Of a DNA stretch of 64,000 nt, positions 57,146-64,000 are shown one piece after another. The stretch is from the NCBI GenBank assembly GCA_963727775.1, contig CAVSHB010000001.1:64001-128000 (forward strand). Direction: 5' to 3'. This DNA comes from an uncultured Nitrospiraceae bacterium (GTDB taxonomy: Bacteria > Nitrospirota > Thermodesulfovibrionia > Thermodesulfovibrionales > SM23-35). Position numbers and translations under genes: made by a program. The stretch's first letter is position 1; every line of letters starts with the position of its first letter. Under the pieces are notes generated by a model, which saw only the letters and a list, made by a program, of their open reading frames with translations, had not been told where the DNA came from and made no database searches.

Positions 57146-58363
57146 ATGGCAAATGATGACCTCTCGAAATTGAAGATAGACAAATCTCAGGGGGCCTTCC
57201 AGCCTCGAAAACGCAGAAGAATCGTTTACCCGGCCGGTATAATATTGCTTGCCCTGGTGATTGCGGCCCTCATAATAACCGGGGTGTTTACGCCTGCTGT
57301 TCAGGTGGAAATAGCGAATGTTACAAAGATCTATCCATTTCAATCCTTTACTCTGTTAAACGCCAGCGGATATGTTGTGGCACAGCGTAAGGCTGCAGTC
57401 GCTTCGAAAATAACCAGCCGCCTTATATCACTCTCTGTAGAGGAAGGGACCAGGGTCAAGGCAGGACAGGTTATTGCCCATTTGGAAGGCGAAGACGCCG
57501 AAGCCGTGAGGGAGCAGGCGGCTGCAAATCTGAATGTCTCCGGCCATAACCTGGAACAGGCGCAGGCCGAATTGAGGGACGCGACCCTTTCTTTCCAGAG
57601 AAATAAAGACCTCGTGGCAAAGGGGTTTATAGCCCAATCCGATTACGATTCAGCGGAGGCGCGTTACAAGAAGGCTGCCGCAGCAGTGGAAGCAGCCGGA
57701 GCAGCGGTTAAGGCGGCTAAAGCAACGCTGAAAGGCGCCGACGTTGCCCTTGAATATACCTTAATCCGCTCCCCATTCGATGCTGTAGTGTTGACAAAGG
57801 ATGCGGACGTCGGAGACATTATTACTCCCTTGGGGGCCGCGGCAAATGCAAAGGCCTCTGTTGTTACACTCGCGGACATGGGCTCTCTGCAGGTCGAAGC
57901 TGATGTCTCCGAATCCAATATCCGGCAGGTCAGGATAGGGCAACCTTGCGAGATCCAGCTCGATGCCCTGCCCGATCTGCGTTTCCATGGAGTCGTGCAT
58001 ATGATTGTGCCGACCGCGGACCGGAGTAAAGCCACGATTATGGTGAAGGTACGGTTTATTGATAAGGACGATAGAATCCTACCTGAGATGAGCGCAAAGG
58101 TCGCTTTTCTGTCTCATGAAATAAAAAAGGATGAAGAGGAACCGAGGACAGCGCTTAATTCGTCCGCTCTGATTACCAGGAACGGCAAGAAACTTGTATT
58201 TCTCATTCAGGGGAACCGGGTCGTGGAAACTGAGGTCACAACAGGCCGGATACTCGGCGACATGACCGAGGTTTTGAGCGGTGTAAAGGCAGGGGACAGA
58301 GTTGCGATCAAGCCGTTGAATGAATTGCGGAACGGTAAAAGGATAAAGGTCCTCGAAAAATAA
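57146..58363 (+). CDS. Efflux periplasmic adaptor (MacA-like membrane fusion protein)
   Basis: N-terminal TM helix, lipoyl halves (VEEGTRVKAGQVIA; IRSPFD), coiled coil. Confidence 0.9.
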   Translation: MANDDLSKLKIDKSQGAFQPRKRRRIVYPAGIILLALVIAALIITGVFTPAVQVEIANVTKIYPFQSFTLLNASGYVVAQRKAAVASKITSRLISLSVEEGTRVKAGQVIAHLEGEDAEAVREQAAANLNVSGHNLEQAQAELRDATLSFQRNKDLVAKGFIAQSDYDSAEARYKKAAAAVEAAGAAVKAAKATLKGADVALEYTLIRSPFDAVVLTKDADVGDIITPLGAAANAKASVVTLADMGSLQVEADVSESNIRQVRIGQPCEIQLDALPDLRFHGVVHMIVPTADRSKATIMVKVRFIDKDDRILPEMSAKVAFLSHEIKKDEEEPRTALNSSALITRNGKKLVFLIQGNRVVETEVTTGRILGDMTEVLSGVKAGDRVAIKPLNELRNGKRIKVLEK

Positions 58364-59061
58364 TGGAGAGTAAGCCAATTGTCGAGATAAGGAACCTGGT
58401 GAAATCGTACAGGCGGGGCGGCCAGATTTTGCCTGTACTGACGGATATCTCACTGGATGTCGCAGAGGGTGAATTCCTTGCATTGATGGGGCCGTCGGGA
58501 TCAGGTAAGACCACGCTCTTAAACTTAATTGCTGGCATAGATAGGGCCGACAGCGGGCTTATTAATATAGGAGGCATTGATATTGCTTCTCTTTCAGAAA
58601 CCGAATTGGCCCGGTGGAGGGCTGCGAATGTGGGCTTTATCTTCCAGTTTTATAATCTTATTCCAGTCCTCACGGCGTTTGAAAACGTCGAACTGCCCTT
58701 GACCTTGACAGGACTTTCAAAAAAGGAGCGCCGGAACCATGCAGAGGCGGCTCTGAGTGTGGTAAACCTTTCCGACAGGATGGAGCATTATCCGGGTCAG
58801 CTCTCGGGTGGTCAGCAGCAGCGCGTGGCCATCGCCCGCGCGGTTGTGACCGATCCGACGATACTTGTGGCTGACGAGCCAACCGGTGATCTGGACAGGA
58901 CCTCGGCAGAAGAGATACTGGAACTTATGGAACGGCTTGTCCATGAACTGGGCAAAACAATCATCATGGTGACCCATGACCCGAGGGCCGCTAAGAAAGC
59001 ACATATAATCCGGCATCTCGACAAAGGCGTTTTGAGTGCAAATACTCAAGCTGATTTTTAA
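58363..59061 (+). CDS. ABC transporter ATP-binding protein (LolD/MacB type)
   Basis: GPSGSGKT, LSGGQQQR, ADEPTG. Confidence 0.94.
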   Translation: MESKPIVEIRNLVKSYRRGGQILPVLTDISLDVAEGEFLALMGPSGSGKTTLLNLIAGIDRADSGLINIGGIDIASLSETELARWRAANVGFIFQFYNLIPVLTAFENVELPLTLTGLSKKERRNHAEAALSVVNLSDRMEHYPGQLSGGQQQRVAIARAVVTDPTILVADEPTGDLDRTSAEEILELMERLVHELGKTIIMVTHDPRAAKKAHIIRHLDKGVLSANTQADF

Positions 59062-60193
59062 GAGCGCATTCCGTCACAAGCTGCGGACATTCCTCACAGT
59101 CTTGGGTGTTACCATCGCCATCCTCGCGTTCGGCCTCCTGAGGACAGTTATAAGCGCGTGGTATGCAGGTGTTGAAGCGTCTTCTGCCAGCCGTCTTGTT
59201 TCAAGAAACGCCGTATCTCTCGTCTTTCCGCTTCCATTGTCTTACAAAGAAAAGATAAGGCAGGTCGAAGGGGTGAAGCGAGTTTCCTATGGCACCTGGT
59301 TCGGAGGTATTTATATAGATGAAAAAAATTTCTTTGCGAACTACGCTGTTGAACCGAAAATATACCTCGAAATGTATCCGGAGCTTATCATCCCACGGGA
59401 CCAGTTGGCTGCATTTCTGCATGACCGCAAGGCAGCGGTTGCCGGCCGTAAACTGGCCGAAAGGTTCGGCTGGAGGATCGGCGACATTATCACATTGAAA
59501 GGGACGATCTTCCCGGGCAACTGGGATTTTGTGCTGACCGGTATATATAAGGGAAGGGACCAGACTGTTGACGAGACAGCTTTTTTCTTTCACTGGGATT
59601 ATCTGAATGAGGTTTTGAAAAAGGCCGGACGTTCCTGGGCCGGACAGGTCGGCTGGTATATGATCGAGATAAGCAACCCGAACATCGCCGCCGATGTCTC
59701 TCTCAGGATCGATAAGATGTTCAAGAACTCACTCGCCGAGACCCTAACGGAGTCTGAAAAGGCTTTCCAATTGGGCTTTATCTCGATGTCTGAAGCTATC
59801 GTGATCGCGATCCAACTCGTTTCGTTTGTGATTATTTTTATTATCATGGCGGTCGTTGCAAATACAATGGCTATGACCGCCCGCGAACGGATCGGCGAGT
59901 ATGCGATCTTGAAGACCCTCGGGTTTGGGGCCTTTCATATTTCCGGCCTGATATTCGGGGAATCACTGGTCATTACAATGACCGGCGCTTTTCTCGGTAT
60001 AGGGCTGACATTCCCGGCTGCGAAAATCTTCAGCAAAGGACTGACCCAGTTCTTCCCGATATTTAACGTTGAACATGAGACCATTGTTCTCGATGTTGTT
60101 GCCGCTCTCATCGTAGCGGTAGTCGCTGCGATATTTCCCGCCTGGAGGGCAATGAAGATTCGTATAGCCGACGGACTCAGGAGGATCGGATAG
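59036..60193 (+). CDS. ABC transporter permease (FtsX/MacB type)
   Basis: RHKLRTFLT, NTM...RER..E.AILKTLGF. Confidence 0.9.
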   Translation: MQILKLIFKSAFRHKLRTFLTVLGVTIAILAFGLLRTVISAWYAGVEASSASRLVSRNAVSLVFPLPLSYKEKIRQVEGVKRVSYGTWFGGIYIDEKNFFANYAVEPKIYLEMYPELIIPRDQLAAFLHDRKAAVAGRKLAERFGWRIGDIITLKGTIFPGNWDFVLTGIYKGRDQTVDETAFFFHWDYLNEVLKKAGRSWAGQVGWYMIEISNPNIAADVSLRIDKMFKNSLAETLTESEKAFQLGFISMSEAIVIAIQLVSFVIIFIIMAVVANTMAMTARERIGEYAILKTLGFGAFHISGLIFGESLVITMTGAFLGIGLTFPAAKIFSKGLTQFFPIFNVEHETIVLDVVAALIVAVVAAIFPAWRAMKIRIADGLRRIG

Positions 60194-61360
60194 ATGAAAA
60201 TCCCGTTTTCCTACAGCTTACGCAATCTCCTTACACGCAGGCTAACTACATTTCTTACCGCTGCAGGTATGGCGTTAGTAGTTTTTGTATTCGCTGCCGT
60301 TCTGATGCTTGCGGAAGGCCTTCAAAAGACACTGATCGAAACCGGTTTATATGAGAATGTTGTTGTCATACGCAAAGCGTCCGGCTCGGAAGTGCAAAGC
60401 GGCGTAGACAGGATGCAGGCTTCGACAGTCGAGACACAGCCCGGGATCGCTATAGGCGCTGACGGGCAACGACTGGTTGCAAAAGAATTGGTGGTGCTGA
60501 TCGCCCTTCCTAAACGCGGGACAGATAAACCTTCAAACGTTGTTATAAGGGGTATCGGCGTCCATTCGATGGACCTTCGTCCCCAGGTGAAACTTGTGCT
60601 GGGCAGAATGCCGAGGCCGGGTTCATCAGAGATCATTTCGGGGGCGAGCATAGCGAAGAGATTTCAGGGAGGAGGGTTGGGAGAGACCCTCAGGTTTGCC
60701 ATGAGGGACTGGACCGTTGTAGGTGTGTTTGATGCGGGGAATAGCAGCTTCGATTCGGAGATATGGGGAGACGTAGACCAGTTCATGCAGGCATTCAGGA
60801 GACCTGCATATTCGTCTGCGATCTTCCGGCTGCGTGAAGCATCTGGGTTCGAAGCAATCAGGTCGCGGATAGAGAATGATCCCCGCCTGACACTTGAAGC
60901 AATGCGTGAGCCCGAATATTACAGGAAACAGTCCGAGATGATGGCAAAGTTCCTCCGTATCCTTGGGTTGACACTCACGATAATATTCTCTTTGGGCGCC
61001 ATTATCGGGGCCATGATCACCATGTATTCCGCCGTGGCAACCCGGACCAATGAAATCGGGACTCTGCGGGCCCTCGGCTTTCAAAGGAGGAGTATCCTGG
61101 CAGCTTTTATAATGGAATCTTTGCTTCTCGGGTCCATCGGCGGATTTGTCGGGCTCTTCTTTGCGTCCTTCCTGCAATTATTTACCATCTCAACGATGAA
61201 CTTCCAGACCTTCTCTGAGCTCGCTTTCTCGTTTACGTTGACATTCGGCACCGTGTATAAAGCCATCCTGTTTTCGCTCACAATGGGCTTTGTGGGCGGT
61301 GTCCTCCCGGCGGTCAGGGCGGCGCGCATGAATATCGTCGAGTCATTATGGGCGAGTTAG
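60194..61360 (+). CDS. ABC transporter permease (FtsX/MacB type)
   Basis: TMYSAV..R..EIGTLRALGF, PAVRAAR. Confidence 0.9.
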   Translation: MKIPFSYSLRNLLTRRLTTFLTAAGMALVVFVFAAVLMLAEGLQKTLIETGLYENVVVIRKASGSEVQSGVDRMQASTVETQPGIAIGADGQRLVAKELVVLIALPKRGTDKPSNVVIRGIGVHSMDLRPQVKLVLGRMPRPGSSEIISGASIAKRFQGGGLGETLRFAMRDWTVVGVFDAGNSSFDSEIWGDVDQFMQAFRRPAYSSAIFRLREASGFEAIRSRIENDPRLTLEAMREPEYYRKQSEMMAKFLRILGLTLTIIFSLGAIIGAMITMYSAVATRTNEIGTLRALGFQRRSILAAFIMESLLLGSIGGFVGLFFASFLQLFTISTMNFQTFSELAFSFTLTFGTVYKAILFSLTMGFVGGVLPAVRAARMNIVESLWAS

Positions 61361-61406
61361 ATAAGTTTTTTGAACAATGTTCCCATTATTCGGTTAAAAT
61401 ATAAAA

Positions 61407-62141
61407 ATGGATATAAAACTTCTTAAAGGATTCGAACATTATCTGTCGATAGAACACGATAATTTATCAAAGACCATTTCTGTTTTAGATGAGGATTACC
61501 GGCTTGTCCTGGGGTTGGATGATCTCTACAATTCCTGTTTGAATATTACTCTGCCGAACGATCCAAATATTATGATACCGGCGTTTCTTTATCTGATTTC
61601 ACACCAGGAGTTTTATTGCGGTATGGCCTCCTTCCTGAGGCTGCATAAGACCCAGTCTTTTCGTTGTCTGAGGGCCGCGCTTGACAGTACTTTCACCGCT
61701 TATTACCTTTTGAAAAATCCGGACAAAACCGATATCTACGTGGACAAAAATCAAAATTCTTCGACATGGGAGAGCCTCTTTAGAAATATAAAAGCTACCG
61801 TAAAAAATAATCAAAAGGTCTTTCCGTTTGCCGTCGGCCTGCCGAAGGTACACGATCTATGCAGTAAATTTGCCCATGCGGACCCGGAAGGCATTTTTCA
61901 CAAATACCTCATGGACAAGCAAGGGATGAAACTGCACGCACAGTATTTTGATTTTGAAAGAAACCCCGAGGATTATAAAAAATGGTTTGCCTTCCTGTTG
62001 TTCTATTTCTTTAAAGTATTTTTGATTTACTGGAATGAAATGCTTAAGACCAATGCCGGTAAAAGGAAAAGAGAAATAGAATATTTGATAAAAGAGTATA
62101 AGATCAGGATAAATGAATTCAAGAAAATATATCCTTTATAG
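61407..62141 (+). CDS. Hypothetical AT-rich helical protein (possibly HEPN/DUF5677-like)
   Basis: LRAALDS...HDLCSKFAHAD pattern; AT-rich relative to neighbours. Confidence 0.55.
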   Translation: MDIKLLKGFEHYLSIEHDNLSKTISVLDEDYRLVLGLDDLYNSCLNITLPNDPNIMIPAFLYLISHQEFYCGMASFLRLHKTQSFRCLRAALDSTFTAYYLLKNPDKTDIYVDKNQNSSTWESLFRNIKATVKNNQKVFPFAVGLPKVHDLCSKFAHADPEGIFHKYLMDKQGMKLHAQYFDFERNPEDYKKWFAFLLFYFFKVFLIYWNEMLKTNAGKRKREIEYLIKEYKIRINEFKKIYPL

Positions 62142-62220
62142 CTGTCCGATGGCCCCTGCGACCGCATATATGAAGAAACATTCAGGATCATTAAAAGAGA
62201 ATCGAAAATATAAAATGGAA

Positions 62221-62853
62221 TTATATTTTGTTTGAAGGGCAGATATTGTAAAGGACGCATCCCTGGTGGTCGGGGTTTTTTGCCCGGCATATTTTTCTGC
62301 CTTGGAATATTAGGAGATGCGATATGTTCCCCCATTCAGCTTTCGGCGTGATCGCGATGAGGTCTTTTTCTATCTTGACCGGGTCTTCATTTTTTGTGAG
62401 CCCGAGCCTGTTTGCGAGTCTGCGGACATGAGTGTCCACGGCGATCCCCTCGTAAATACCAAAGGCACTGGAAAGAATTATATTCCCTGTTTTGCGGGCA
62501 ACACCGGGAAGGGTTGTGAGTTCAGCCATAGTTTTAGGGACTTTTGAATTGAATCTGTCTGTGATTATTTTTGCAGCTGCCTGGATATTTTTCGCTTTTG
62601 TCTTATAGAAATTGACGGAGCTTACGTCTTTCCGGAGAGTCTCAAGGGACGCATCTGCATAGTCTTTCACAGTCCTGTATTTCCTGAAAAGGTTTTCCGT
62701 AACCTTATTGACGAGTACATCGGTGGTCTGCGCCGAAAGGACTGTGGCAACAAGGAGTTGAAACGGGTCCCTGAAGTTTAAAGCTGTTTTCGCATCGGGA
62801 TACTCTTTTTTTAAACGCCTGATGATTTCTAAGGCCTTTTCACTGATGTTCAT
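62221..62853 (-). CDS. nth: Endonuclease III
   Basis: LSAQTTD, HhH LPGVARKT, AVDTHV, C-terminal Fe-S loop. Confidence 0.95.
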   Translation of the reverse strand: MNISEKALEIIRRLKKEYPDAKTALNFRDPFQLLVATVLSAQTTDVLVNKVTENLFRKYRTVKDYADASLETLRKDVSSVNFYKTKAKNIQAAAKIITDRFNSKVPKTMAELTTLPGVARKTGNIILSSAFGIYEGIAVDTHVRRLANRLGLTKNEDPVKIEKDLIAITPKAEWGNISHLLIFQGRKICRAKNPDHQGCVLYNICPSNKI

Positions 62854-64000
62854 TTGCCTCTGATAAAATAATCCATTAATTTGTGTCCTTCTTCGAAAAA
62901 TACGGCCTCGCTTCTTTCCGTAAGGGACTCGTCAAAAGATACATCCCTGTTTTCCTTCTTCGCGCGGCTGTCGAACAGAATAAACGGTACAGGCTCTTCA
63001 GTGTGGGTTTTTACCGCAACGGGAGTAGCGTGGTCGGGCAGTATGAGTATCTTGTACTCGCCGAAGGCTTCCATACCTTTTAAAACAGTCCCGACAACGA
63101 GTGAGTCAATGTCTTCAATGGCCCTTATCTTGTCGGTATAATTCCCGGCATGTCCGGCCTCATCCGGCGCTTCAACATGTATATATACAATATCAACCCT
63201 ACCGAGCGCCTGTAAGGCTGCTTCTGCTTTCCCAACATAATTCGTATCAATATAGCCGGTCATCCCGGGGACTTCAAGTATCTCAAATCCCGCGTTGATC
63301 CCAAGCCCTTTCATAAGGTCAACAGCGGACACAAGCGCGCCGTCAAGCGCATATTTCTGCTTAAATGTAGGGACGCTCAATTTTTTGCCTTGTCCCCAGA
63401 GCCAGATACTGTTGGCCGGGTTATTACCTCTTCTCGACCGCTCCCTGTTAATAGGATGGTTTTCAAGAATTCCGCTTGATCTCAGCATAATATCTCTCAG
63501 CATATCTTCTCCGTCTCCGACAGGAAGGTAATCCGCTATATCTTTACCCGTTATATCATGGGGAGGGGTACATTCTATGTCCAATGAGCCGTCAGTCCAT
63601 ACCATTATATGCCTGTAGCTGACACCCGGATAGAAACTGATCTGTTCCGTCCCGACCTTCTCGCTGATTTCATTTATGAGTTCCCTTGCTTCTACGGTCG
63701 AAATATGGCTGCTGCTGTAATCCTCCATAACAGCTTTTGTCTTGTCTTTATTATATTTGAGGGTTACAAGGTTGCATCTGTATGCAACATCATTTTCTTT
63801 CAGAAAGATTCCTATACTGGCAGCTTCCAAAGGCGCCCTGCCGGAATAGAATTCTTGCGGGTCATATCCGAGTATATTGAGGTTGGCAATGTCCGATCCC
63901 GGATGAAACCCGGGCGGTACCGTCCTGATCTTCCCTATTGTTCCCTCCCGTGCAAGTCTGTCCAGATTCGGTTTGGATGCGACCTGCAATGGTGTCTTGC
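62850..64000 (-). CDS. apgM: Cofactor-independent phosphoglycerate mutase (5' end outside window)
   Basis: PGSDIANL, YSGRAPLEAAS, TPPHD, EAPDEAGH, PDHATP...THT. Confidence 0.92.
   Translation of the reverse strand, partial: KTPLQVASKPNLDRLAREGTIGKIRTVPPGFHPGSDIANLNILGYDPQEFYSGRAPLEAASIGIFLKENDVAYRCNLVTLKYNKDKTKAVMEDYSSSHISTVEARELINEISEKVGTEQISFYPGVSYRHIMVWTDGSLDIECTPPHDITGKDIADYLPVGDGEDMLRDIMLRSSGILENHPINRERSRRGNNPANSIWLWGQGKKLSVPTFKQKYALDGALVSAVDLMKGLGINAGFEILEVPGMTGYIDTNYVGKAEAALQALGRVDIVYIHVEAPDEAGHAGNYTDKIRAIEDIDSLVVGTVLKGMEAFGEYKILILPDHATPVAVKTHTEEPVPFILFDSRAKKENRDVSFDESLTERSEAVFFEEGHKLMDYFIRGK

Overview
This is a bacterial chromosomal segment, probably from an anaerobic Nitrospirota (Thermodesulfovibrionia-like) or deltaproteobacterial genome; that assignment is inferred from gene content and is not proven. 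In order it carries: (1) a hopanoid-tailoring and lipid-transport locus (mlaDFE-like, hpnG-like, DegT aminotransferase, two epimerases, hpnJ, an EamA pair, hpnI); (2) a 5'-nucleotidase, tRNA-Glu, tRNA-Lys, aconitase, lysA-dapF-dapA and bioF-bioD; (3) the atpF'-F-H-A-G-D-C operon, with atpH frameshifted; (4) an HD-GYP regulator, tRNA methyltransferase, xerD, Lon-like protease and lipid A acyltransferase; (5) a small accessory patch with a REP doublet, nuclease, RAYT remnant, vapBC, attC-like site and GNAT fragment; (6) a redox/oxidative-stress cluster (octaheme HAO-like cytochrome, rubrerythrin, CMD, FprA, ferritin-like genes, ferredoxin) with two radical SAM/SPASM genes; (7) korAB, a defective ISL3 and a second patch of degenerate integron-type cassettes; (8) tpx, an L,D-transpeptidase, a MacAB-type ABC exporter, nth and partial apgM. 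Two observations stand out. The first is an unannotated 20-aa Cys-rich peptide gene (MKIKKVSKGISTTCKCKSSC) directly downstream of a radical SAM/SPASM gene with an RRE-like N-terminus, a candidate RiPP system. The second is four copies of a ~165-175 bp structured repeat with a conserved three-way-junction core, fully interchangeable stems, and a core that is inverted in one copy.
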